A stretch of 32,000 nt of DNA from Thermoanaerobaculia bacterium (GCA_035629865.1 DASPHC010000034.1:11589-43588); one strand, 5' to 3'. Positions 24,856 through 32,000 are shown, counted from the stretch's first letter. The notes: a model not told the origin generated them from the sequence alone. Numbers and translations are program-made.

Positions 24856-25014
24856 TTACGTTCCGGCGCACGCGGAGGGAGGTTTGGAACCCTCCCCCTC
24901 GTAATACACATCCGCCTCCACCCGCTGCTGCCACTCCGGCCAGGTCTCGACGGTGCTTTGCGCCTCCTCGAGGACTGTCCAGAAGTCGATGGGCGGCGGA
25001 ACGTCCTCGGCCAT
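24856..25014 (-). CDS. possible small ORF (52 aa)
   Basis: My own translation: MAEDVPPPIDFWTVLEEAQSTVETWPEWQQRVEADVYYEGEGSKPPSACAGT*. The composition is protein-like but there is no convincing RBS. It is below the track cutoff. Confidence 0.25.
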   Translation of the reverse strand: MAEDVPPPIDFWTVLEEAQSTVETWPEWQQRVEADVYYEGEGSKPPSACAGT

Positions 25015-25096
25015 GAAGAGATTATCGCTCAAATGTTTAGCGGCTCATAATCCTCTTCAATGGGTAGAGCGGGGGGCACCGGGGGATGCGGCCTCT

Positions 25097-25260
25097 AGTG
25101 TGGTGTCTCACAAATAGCTATGCGTTCTTCAGCACGCTGGAGGCCCGCTTGCTTCGCCGCCGCCCCTCAACGATGACACCGCATCGCCTGCGTCGCGGCG
25201 GCTCGCCATCGAGCCTCCGTCGCGCCGAATAACGTATAGCTATTTGCGAGACACCACACT
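25097..25260. mobile_element. 164-bp MITE-like element with 30-bp terminal inverted repeats
   Basis: Left arm agtgtggtgtctcacaaatagctatgcgtt matches the reverse complement of the right arm aacgtatagctatttgcgagacaccacact at 28 of 30 positions. The arms are conspicuously AT-richer than the genome. The right end is 50 bp upstream of ATG 25310. Confidence 0.65.
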
Positions 25261-25309
25261 CGGGTAGGGATTCGGCGGCCCGGATCACTCCTTCGGGAGA
25301 GGAGAGAGC

Positions 25310-27439
25310 ATGCTCGGTACGACCTTCAGCCCCGCGGGACTCACCATTACGATCACCCCCACCGCCGATCTGATCGCGCAGGAGTCCACCATCGAGGCGG
25401 CGATGGTGGCGCAGATTGCTCCCGGTACGAGCTATTCGCCGCAGAACGGACCTTCCGCGGGGACGCCTCTGAATGCCGCCTCGTGGGCTTACTACTGGGT
25501 CAGCTCCGACGGCACGGAGTCGGACTGGGCGGCCGTCGCGGGGACGAGCGTGCCGTCGTTCACGTCGTTCACGGCGGCGACGGCGCAGAGCGTGATGCTG
25601 CCGGATACGCAGGTCGTCTCGGGCCGGGTCTACTTCGGGATGCCGTCGTTGCCGGTGATCGCGGTGGCGAGCAGCGTCCCGCAGTCGGTGCTCTCGACCT
25701 CCGACTCGGGCGTGTACGACTTCGTCGAGTTCTCCTACGTGGCGGACGCGGTGACGTATGCCGACACGACGATGATCGACCAGTTCGGAATCCCGATGCA
25801 GATCGAGCTGGTGCCGCTCTCGTCGTCGACGCCGGCACCGCCGGCCGCCGGGGTGTACCTCGACCGGACCGGCGTGATCAGCCAGTTCCAGACCAACGTC
25901 GTGGCGGCATTTCAAACCGGCCTGCAGAATATCTGCGGACAGCCGGTGGCGCCGCCGCCGCTGCGGATACTCTCGCCGAATGACGTGCTGGTGTACAGCT
26001 GCGTCCAGGGCGTGACCGCCTCGGTTCCGGCCGGAGGCGGCTCCTCCACCCTGGCGGCCGGCACCTATGCGTATGCCGTCTCGGCGGTCGACGCGAACGG
26101 CAACGAAGGCTACGTGCAGGCCACGCTGGCGCCGATCACGATCGCGGCCAATCAGCAGGTCACGATCGGATGGGCCCCCCTGGCGAGCCAGCCGTACGGC
26201 GGCGCCGGGATCGCGAGCTTCAACGTCTATCGATACGACTCCACGGCCGGGACGTGGACGCTGCTGAACTTCTCGCCGCCGCTCACTTCCAGCTCGACGG
26301 CGGCGCAGGACACCGGCCAGGCCGGCACGGTGCAGACGCCGAACTTCAATCCGCTGGCGAGCTGGTTCGACGGCGCGATCGGGAGTTTCTTCGACTACTA
26401 CCAGTCCAACATCCTGATCCTCATCGTCCCCAACGTCTCCCCTTCCGGCAGCACCTGGCTTTACTCGTTCAACGGGAGCACCGTGCCGGCCTCGGGGAGT
26501 CCGCAGTCGCTGCAGTTCTCGTTCACCGGTGCGGCCGATCTGACGACCGGGGACTCGATTTCCTCCGCCGACCTGCCGTTCGCGGCAGGGACCCCGTTCA
26601 ACGTCTATTACCCGTACTGGAGCTCGAATACCTACGGGACGAGCTCCGTGGCACCGCCGTCGTGGACGCCGTATCCGAATTCGCCCGCTTCGATGATGGT
26701 GTTCGCGGCGAACGGGGTCTGGGCGGACAACGTCAATCAGGTCTACGACAACCTTCCGTCGCAGGTGACGCCGCCCCCTGCTCTTCCCGCGCAATTGGTC
26801 GCGACCTCGCCGGCGGGAATCTGGTCGACGCTGCTCGGGACGCTGGAGAACATGGTGGTCTCGGCGCTCACTCGCGGCATCGGCGCTCCGCTCCAGGGTT
26901 CCCTGCCGATCGCTCCGGCGAGCTGGGCGAGCCAGCCGACGCAGACAGTGCCGACGCTCAGCTCCGGCACCAGCTCCCTCCAGGCGGGGACCACGTACTA
27001 CTACGTCATCACGGCCATGAACGGCACCGGCAGCAGCGCCACCGAGAGTGCGCCGAGCCTGGAGATGACCGCGCAGCCGGTGGCCGGTTCGCTGGTGGTG
27101 AACGTGAACTGGAACCCGGTGCTGACCTGGCAGGCGACGTCGTTCAACATCTACCGGGGAACGGTATCGGGAGAGGAGAACATCCTCGTCCAGAACGTCA
27201 CGAACGACGGGACCGTCGCGACATTGGCCGATACGGGACAGGGGACCTCGCAGAGTCCGTCGGTCAGCTACTTCCCCTCCGGCTCGGTCTTCAACAATTA
27301 CGTGGCCTTCTTCCACCAGACGTCGATCAGTTACGGCGGCGGCGCGTACGCCAGCCCGTACGACGACCAGTCCGCGCAGTCGTCGACGATCGTCTGCGCC
27401 GCCTCGGGCCTGAACATCACCCTCGGACCGTGGTCGTGA
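25310..27439 (+). CDS. GH64 / thaumatin-like superfamily (beta-1,3-glucanase-like) protein with two FN3-like insertions (709 aa)
   Basis: RBS GGAGAGGAGAGAG. Motifs recalled from GH64 enzymes: SGRVYFG, YDFVEFSY...TTMIDQFGIP (the candidate Glu/Asp pair is retained), and C-terminal GGAYASPYDDQSAQSS. Two FN3-like blocks: GTYAYAVSAVDANGNEG...FNVYR and GTTYYYVITAMNGTGSS...FNIYRG. No N-terminal signal peptide is visible. Confidence 0.6.
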   Translation: MLGTTFSPAGLTITITPTADLIAQESTIEAAMVAQIAPGTSYSPQNGPSAGTPLNAASWAYYWVSSDGTESDWAAVAGTSVPSFTSFTAATAQSVMLPDTQVVSGRVYFGMPSLPVIAVASSVPQSVLSTSDSGVYDFVEFSYVADAVTYADTTMIDQFGIPMQIELVPLSSSTPAPPAAGVYLDRTGVISQFQTNVVAAFQTGLQNICGQPVAPPPLRILSPNDVLVYSCVQGVTASVPAGGGSSTLAAGTYAYAVSAVDANGNEGYVQATLAPITIAANQQVTIGWAPLASQPYGGAGIASFNVYRYDSTAGTWTLLNFSPPLTSSSTAAQDTGQAGTVQTPNFNPLASWFDGAIGSFFDYYQSNILILIVPNVSPSGSTWLYSFNGSTVPASGSPQSLQFSFTGAADLTTGDSISSADLPFAAGTPFNVYYPYWSSNTYGTSSVAPPSWTPYPNSPASMMVFAANGVWADNVNQVYDNLPSQVTPPPALPAQLVATSPAGIWSTLLGTLENMVVSALTRGIGAPLQGSLPIAPASWASQPTQTVPTLSSGTSSLQAGTTYYYVITAMNGTGSSATESAPSLEMTAQPVAGSLVVNVNWNPVLTWQATSFNIYRGTVSGEENILVQNVTNDGTVATLADTGQGTSQSPSVSYFPSGSVFNNYVAFFHQTSISYGGGAYASPYDDQSAQSSTIVCAASGLNITLGPWS

Positions 27440-27456
27440 GCGGGCTTCACCCGCTC
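27438..27456. terminator. bidirectional stem-loop at convergent gene ends
   Basis: gagcggg-cttca-cccgctc forms a perfect 7-bp stem. It contains the stop codons of both convergent genes (27437..27439 and 27447..27449). Confidence 0.55.
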
Positions 27457-28994
27457 ATGATCTTCTTCAATTGGTAGAGTGCCTTGGCTTCGAGGTCGAG
27501 GTAGCTCAGGGGGAGCATTTCGACTTTCGGGGCGGAGGTTTTGGGGTCCCAGCGGATCCGTTCGCCGGAGAGTTTGGTCTTGCGGTCGCGGGGGATGCCG
27601 GTGCGGGTGGTGATGGAGAAGAGGTCGACGTAGCGATGCGGGCCGATGCCGAGGAAGGGCTCGAAGCGGATGGCGTTCGGGTTCGGGGCCGATGCGTCGT
27701 CGTAGGCGCGGATGGCGTCGCGGTGAAGCTCCAGGGCCCGGCTCTTCGGGTACGGCTCGATGTAGACCACGCGGCGGATGCCGGCGTTGACGATCAGCCG
27801 CGCGCATTGGTGGCAGGGGAAGGTGGTGGTGTAGAGGGTGGCGTCGCGGGGGCTGGTGCCGATGCGCGCGGCGGCCATGACGGCTTCCATTTCGGCGTGG
27901 GTGGTGCGGCCGAATTCGAGGAGGGTCATGACGCGCGATTTCTTGAAGACTTCGCGGGCGTCGTCGAGCTTCGGCCAGCCGGCATGTTCGGCCATCTCCA
28001 GCAGTTCGCCGATGATCTGGTCGGCATGGACGTTGACGGAGTCGCGGTCTTCGTGGATGTCGCGGCGGTCGTACGGATCGCCGGCGCGATAGAGGCCGCC
28101 GCCCGCCTTGGGGACGTCGTTCCAGCCGATGCCGAGGACCTCGCGGTGGGGGGAGACGAGGACCGCGCCGACCTGGCGTCCGAGGGCGCCGGAGGCGAGG
28201 GAAGTGGCGAAGGCCTGATACATGAACTGCTCGTCGGCCCACGGCGTCTCGCCGAGATCGCCGAGGACGAGGCGGGTGAAGCGGTCGATCTGGTCGAAGA
28301 GCGGCTTGGTGCTGTTCGGCGAGACGAAGAGGTCGCACAGCTGGAAGACGTCGCGCAGGCGCTGGCCGTACGGGTCGGACGACTCGTCTTCGTCGCGCCG
28401 GGCGAGCGCCTCGGCGCTGGCGAGGTGGTTGTCGAAGTTGGACGAGGAGGGGGTCTCGTTGTACGACCCGGCGATCCGGCGGGCCAGCGACTCGACGCGC
28501 GCCGGCCGGTTGACGTTCACGCCGACGAGGAAGAATCCGGGCCCGTAGATGCGGCGCAGGAGGTGGACTTCTTCCGGCCGTTTGAGGGAGCGGATGATGT
28601 ACGCCCGTCTGCCGGGCTGTCCTCCGCGGCGTTTCCGGCGCCCCCGGACCTCGGCCAGTGCGGCCGTCGCGACGGCGGCGGGGTTGGAGACCAGCCGGCG
28701 GATGGCGTTACCGGCATCCATGTAGGAGGCGATACGCTGCTCTTCGGGAGTCTCGATCAGGCGAATCGGCGATTCGTCTACACGGAGGAGAGTACGCTTT
28801 GCGGCGATCTGGCGGATCAAGGCGGTGACACTGATCTCCTCGACCTCCCGGTATTCGCACTTCTTCAGGGAGTCGCCGAGGGTACGGCTGACTTCCTGCA
28901 GGTCGGCTCCGACCGGGCCGGCGAGGGCGAAGACGAGCTCGAGGTGCCGTTCCGCGGCGTCTTCCAAGGCGTTGTTCATGTCGTCGTCCCGCAC
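27447..28994 (-). CDS. anti-phage-type dCTP deaminase-like protein (kinase-like N-terminal domain + dCMP/cytidine deaminase zinc-binding domain)
   Basis: Deaminase motifs: THAEMEAVMAAAR (H-A-E) and TTFPCHQCARLIVNAGIRRVVY (P-C-x-x-C). The ~300-aa N-terminal region begins LELVFALAGPVGADL. Size and architecture fit the defence dCTP deaminase family. Start is GTG 28994 or ATG 28979 (MNNALED). Confidence 0.7.
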   Translation of the reverse strand: MRDDDMNNALEDAAERHLELVFALAGPVGADLQEVSRTLGDSLKKCEYREVEEISVTALIRQIAAKRTLLRVDESPIRLIETPEEQRIASYMDAGNAIRRLVSNPAAVATAALAEVRGRRKRRGGQPGRRAYIIRSLKRPEEVHLLRRIYGPGFFLVGVNVNRPARVESLARRIAGSYNETPSSSNFDNHLASAEALARRDEDESSDPYGQRLRDVFQLCDLFVSPNSTKPLFDQIDRFTRLVLGDLGETPWADEQFMYQAFATSLASGALGRQVGAVLVSPHREVLGIGWNDVPKAGGGLYRAGDPYDRRDIHEDRDSVNVHADQIIGELLEMAEHAGWPKLDDAREVFKKSRVMTLLEFGRTTHAEMEAVMAAARIGTSPRDATLYTTTFPCHQCARLIVNAGIRRVVYIEPYPKSRALELHRDAIRAYDDASAPNPNAIRFEPFLGIGPHRYVDLFSITTRTGIPRDRKTKLSGERIRWDPKTSAPKVEMLPLSYLDLEAKALYQLKKIMSG

Positions 28995-29003
28995 GTTGCT
29001 CGG

Positions 29004-29033
29004 TTGACAGAGCGTAACAGAAGGACGTACAAG
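29004..29033 (+). promoter_or_regulatory. candidate sigma-70-type promoter for the DUF2130-like/ParB-like operon
   Basis: TTGACA (29004..29009), an 18-nt spacer, then TACAAG (29028..29033). It sits in a locally AT-richer divergent intergenic region, ~50 nt before ATG 29087. Confidence 0.25.
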
Positions 29034-29086
29034 TACAAAAGAGGACTTACAAGGACAGGCAGGGAGCGTATGCTCCGGGAGGCCCG

Positions 29087-30172
29087 ATGAACGTCATCGC
29101 CGTGGAACGCTGCCCGTGGTGCGGCAGCATGATCACCCACAAAAAGTTCGTCCAGATCCAGGCCGCCATCCGCGAAGAGGAGCAGAAGAAGCTTGCCGCG
29201 GCTGAGAAATCCTTCCGGGCCGCCCTTGAAAAAGAGGTCGCCGCGCAGCAGTTGAAGTTCCAGAAGGAGCGCCAGGCGCTCGATGCCGAGCGGGCGAAGC
29301 TGGGGAAACAGATCGAGGCGGCGAAGCAGGAGGCCGAGAAGCAGCGCAAGAAGGACATCGCCGAGGTCCGCCAGATCCTGCAGAAGGATCGCGAGACCGC
29401 CATCCTGAAGAAGGAGGCGGAGTTCGCCCGGGAGCGGGAGGCGCTGCAGAAGCGGATCGCCGAGATGAGCCGGCGGGTGAAGCGCGGCGGCGAGGTCGGG
29501 GAGGGGTCGGAGCTCGATCTCTTCGACGAGCTCCGCGGCGCCTTCCCGGAGGACCAGGTCACCCGCACGAAGGGGAAGGGTGTGGGCACGATCCTGCACG
29601 ATGTGCGCTACAAGGGGCGTTCCGCAGGCAAGATCCTGCTCGATATCACACCCCGCGCAGCGTGGCAGCACGCGTTCGTGACCCGGTTGCGCGAGGAGCA
29701 GTCGGCCACCGGCACCGATCACGCGATCCTGTCCACCCCTGTCTTTCCGTCCGGCAAGCGGGAGCTGTTCGTCGATTCCGGGATCATCGTGGTCGCCCCG
29801 GCGCGGGTCCGGGCGATCGTGGAGGTGCTGCGGAAGGCGCTGATCTCGATGTACGTGGCGAAGCTGAGCGACGCGGAGCGGTCGGACAAGCTGAGCCGCC
29901 TGTTCCGCTTCATCACCTCGCCCGGCTTCAAGAAACGGCTGGCCGAGGCCTCCGACCTGGCAGGAGAGGCGCTGGAGATCGACGTGCAGGAGAAGCGGGC
30001 CCACGACAATGTCTGGAAGAAGCGCGGCACGGTCCTGACCCGCATCAAGCACGTGCTCCGCGAGATCGACACCGACGTCAGCGCGATCGTCGAGGCGCGG
30101 GAGGAGGGCGACCCCGAGGCGCCTCCCTCGCTGCGCGCTGCCGCTTACCGCATCACGGACAAAGAGCAATGA
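29087..30172 (+). CDS. DUF2130-like protein: N-terminal zinc ribbon, long coiled coil, C-terminal restriction-endonuclease-like domain (361 aa)
   Basis: GGGAGG lies 5 nt before the ATG. Zinc ribbon CPWCG, then ~110 aa of Lys/Glu/Ala/Gln coiled coil. The following stretch, GSELDLFDELRGAFPEDQVTRTKGKGVGTILHDVRYKGRSAGKILLDITPRAAWQHAFVTRLREEQ...HAILSTPVFP, follows the DUF2130 layout as I recall it. Confidence 0.65.
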   Translation: MNVIAVERCPWCGSMITHKKFVQIQAAIREEEQKKLAAAEKSFRAALEKEVAAQQLKFQKERQALDAERAKLGKQIEAAKQEAEKQRKKDIAEVRQILQKDRETAILKKEAEFAREREALQKRIAEMSRRVKRGGEVGEGSELDLFDELRGAFPEDQVTRTKGKGVGTILHDVRYKGRSAGKILLDITPRAAWQHAFVTRLREEQSATGTDHAILSTPVFPSGKRELFVDSGIIVVAPARVRAIVEVLRKALISMYVAKLSDAERSDKLSRLFRFITSPGFKKRLAEASDLAGEALEIDVQEKRAHDNVWKKRGTVLTRIKHVLREIDTDVSAIVEAREEGDPEAPPSLRAAAYRITDKEQ

Positions 30173-31116
30173 GCAACTTCGCGGAGCCGATCGGCAGTCC
30201 CGCCCCTCCCTGGCAGGAGCGCCGCCTCGGACGCACGATCCTGCGCACCTATCGCGACACCCGCGATCTGTACGACGTCGTCCCGAACGCGCGCCAGCCG
30301 CGCATGGGGCCGAAGGAGGATCTCGAGCTGCAGCGGCAGATCGAGGCGAACGAGGGGATCTTCGAGCCGCTGCTGGTCGAGCCGCACCCGGACCTGGAGG
30401 GGAAGTACCGGATCATCGACGGCGACCGCCGCTGGACGAACTCGAAGGTGCTGGTGGAGGTCCAGAAGAAGGAGGAGTACCGCCGCATCCCCCTCGAGAT
30501 CACCGACCGGACGCTCACCGACGAGGAGCGCCTGCGGGTCTGGATCTACATCCATCGCCAGCGGAAGGAGTGGGACGCCAAGGAGAAGGAGATGGTGGCG
30601 TACGGCCTGGTCGACATCGTCGGCCGCGCCAGTGCCGCGAACATCCTCGGCGTGACGGTGCGGGAGCTCGACAAGCTGGTGGAGATCTACCAGCTCTCCG
30701 AGAAGCTGACCAACCTCCCCGAGCCCGGTTCCTCGATCACCTGGGCCCGCGAGATCAAGAACATCAACAAGTCCCTCCTGACCCCGACGATCCTCGACAC
30801 GATCGTGCAGAAGGTGAACGAGAACGAGATCACCAACTCGAAGGACATCCGCAAACTGCGCATCGTCCTCCGCGACCCGGTCGCCAGGCAGAAGTTCGTC
30901 GAGGGGCAAAGCCTCGACGCGGTGCTGGATGCCGTGCTGCCGGTGGTGGAGGAGAAGAAGAAGGGTGGGCTTGCGGGGGAGATCGAGGAGCTGAACGAAG
31001 CGCTCCGCCGGCATCCGTGGACGAGCCTCATCGAGAACCGCGGGGATGAGAAGCTGCTGAAGCAGTTGGAAGAGGCGGAGAAGCTGGTGAAGGAGTTGCG
31101 GAAGGTGTTGGGGTAG
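30169..31116 (+). CDS. ParB/Srx N-terminal-domain-like protein (315 aa)
   Basis: ATG 30169 is in an ATGA overlap with the upstream stop. The ParB-like box is GIFEPLLVEPHPDLEGKYRIIDGDRRWTNS (DGxRR arginine patch), followed by a helical C-terminal region. The upstream part of track ORF 29662..31116 is a shadow. Confidence 0.65.
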   Translation: MSNFAEPIGSPAPPWQERRLGRTILRTYRDTRDLYDVVPNARQPRMGPKEDLELQRQIEANEGIFEPLLVEPHPDLEGKYRIIDGDRRWTNSKVLVEVQKKEEYRRIPLEITDRTLTDEERLRVWIYIHRQRKEWDAKEKEMVAYGLVDIVGRASAANILGVTVRELDKLVEIYQLSEKLTNLPEPGSSITWAREIKNINKSLLTPTILDTIVQKVNENEITNSKDIRKLRIVLRDPVARQKFVEGQSLDAVLDAVLPVVEEKKKGGLAGEIEELNEALRRHPWTSLIENRGDEKLLKQLEEAEKLVKELRKVLG

Positions 31117-31122
31117 GGACCG

Positions 31123-31264
31123 GGATTGAGGATTGAGGATTGAGGATTGAGGATTTGGCCGGTGGTTACCGGTGATCCCAGATCCTCAATGCTCTGACCC
31201 CGGCCGCCCTCGGAGGGCGCGGGATTCCATGTCCCTAATCCTCAATCCTCAATCCTCAATCCCC
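31123..31264. repeat. heptamer tandem repeat (GGATTGA x4) paired with inverted complement (AATCCTC x3-4); long hairpin
   Basis: 31123..31156 is ggattga x4 plus ggattt. 31237..31264 is aatcctc x3 plus aatcccc. There is one extra partial copy (gatcctcaat, 31181..31190) and an inner palindrome cgccctc-g-gagggcg. It sits between convergent gene ends (31116 and 31266). Confidence 0.85.
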
Positions 31265-31265
31265 G

Positions 31266-32000
31266 TCACGCCACCCGAATCCACCGCATCAACTCCGGAA
31301 TGGTCGGCCGCTTCCCGTAGGACAGAATCCCCAACCGGAAAATCTTCGCGGTGGCCCAGAGGAAGACCATGACCGTCACCGTGGAGACGACCAGCGTGGT
31401 CAATATCTGGGTGATCGGGGGGCCGGCAACCAGCGTGCGGACGAACATCGTCACCGGGCCGAAAACGGGGAGCATCGACAGGGTGACGAAGAACGGGGAG
31501 TCGGGGTTGGTGATGAGCGGGCCGAGGAGGAAGAGCGGGAGCATCATGATCATGCCGATGGGGCCGATGAGTTGCTGCGCTTCGCGGTCGGAATTGCACA
31601 CCGAGCCGGCGACGGCGTAGACGCAGACGTTGGTCAGGTAGGCCAGCACGAAGAAGACGATGAAGTAGACGAAGGTGGAGATGCGGAGGTACTGGCTGAC
31701 GTCTATGCCGGCCTGCGCCGCCGTTGCCGCGCCGAAGCCTGCCACGGCGCCGATCATCAGGAGCCAGACGCTGATCTGCGTCAAGCCGACCGCGGCGATG
31801 CCGAGGATCTTACCGGACAGGAGCTGCCGCGGCGTCATCGACGAGATCAGCACCTCGACCACCCGGTCGTTCTTCTCCTGGATGATGCCGCGCATCACTT
31901 CCATGCCATAGATGAACGACGGCATGGTCAGGAGGAAGCCGAAGATCAGGCCGAGGAAGAGGGTCGCCGAGCCGCCTTTCGTCTGTTCCCCTCCCTTGGA
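31266..32000 (-). CDS. ABC-2 type transporter permease, partial (N-terminus off the right edge)
   Basis: The track ORF starts at M 31925, but the frame stays open to base 32000 (..SATLFLGLIFGFLLTMPSFIYGMEVMRGIIQEKNDRVVEVLISS), a typical NatB/ABC-2 permease motif. Several TM segments follow. Confidence 0.75.
   Translation of the reverse strand, partial: SKGGEQTKGGSATLFLGLIFGFLLTMPSFIYGMEVMRGIIQEKNDRVVEVLISSMTPRQLLSGKILGIAAVGLTQISVWLLMIGAVAGFGAATAAQAGIDVSQYLRISTFVYFIVFFVLAYLTNVCVYAVAGSVCNSDREAQQLIGPIGMIMMLPLFLLGPLITNPDSPFFVTLSMLPVFGPVTMFVRTLVAGPPITQILTTLVVSTVTVMVFLWATAKIFRLGILSYGKRPTIPELMRWIRVA

Noticed and set aside
23789-25050. 327-aa (minus) and 260-aa (plus) ORFs with 7-aa periodic sequences (..SRETRMLPREARILAPE.. 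and ..SREATFLCRGSESQ..)
   Set aside because: Both strands are open only because the underlying DNA repeat is 21 bp, a multiple of 3. There is no RBS, the composition is implausible, and the signal is DNA dyad symmetry rather than codon structure. I treat them as a non-coding array. This is left open to refutation in the findings.
25118-27316. 732-aa minus-strand ORF, plus 26170..27477 and 25483..25983 on the plus strand, over the GH64-like gene
   Set aside because: The 25118..27316 ORF is antisense and the other two are off-frame on the same strand. All are Arg/Gly/His-rich and lack motifs. The 25310 frame has a strong RBS and a Ser/Thr/Tyr/Asn-rich, secreted-enzyme-like composition with recognisable motifs.
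27471-30169. 539-aa plus-strand ORF (27471..29090) antisense to the deaminase, and 397-aa and 289-aa minus-strand ORFs (28976..30169, 30145..31014) antisense to the DUF2130-like and ParB-like genes
   Set aside because: The sense frames carry zinc-deaminase, zinc-ribbon/coiled-coil and ParB-box motifs. The antisense ORFs are Leu/Arg/Asp/Gly low-complexity mirrors of Lys/Glu-rich coding sequence.

Overview
High-GC bacterial chromosomal window (roughly two-thirds G+C by eye) that is almost entirely coding. Most long ORFs in the supplied track are wrong-frame or antisense shadows (Arg/Pro/Gly-rich) of about 25 real genes.

Layout from left to right:
(i) A minus-strand operon of ECF sigma, then zf-HC2 anti-sigma/TPR/CHAT, then an unknown ORF. 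It is divergent from an AidA/PixA-like inclusion-body-family gene.
(ii) A YceI lipoprotein.
(iii) A porin plus a small PstS-like binding protein behind a near-consensus sigma-54 promoter.
(iv) An ~11.6 kb, 10-gene, translationally coupled chemosensory operon: cheY, coiled-coil/GAF, cheD, cheA, mcp, cheW, cheR, cheB, PAS kinase, NtrC-type activator. Its upstream region shares a UAS-like box, spacing and -24/-12 layout with the porin promoter.
(v) An accessory, defence-island-like stretch (about 20.7-31.1 kb). It holds an LRR-Roc-COR-TIR protein bracketed by paralogous small ORFs, a ~590 bp nested 21-bp palindrome array, MITE-like palindromic elements, a GH64-like protein, an anti-phage-type dCTP deaminase, and an ATGA-coupled DUF2130-like/ParB-like gene pair.
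(vi) A partial ABC-2 permease.

No rRNA, tRNA or CRISPR was seen. All family calls rest on motif recognition by eye; no searches were run.
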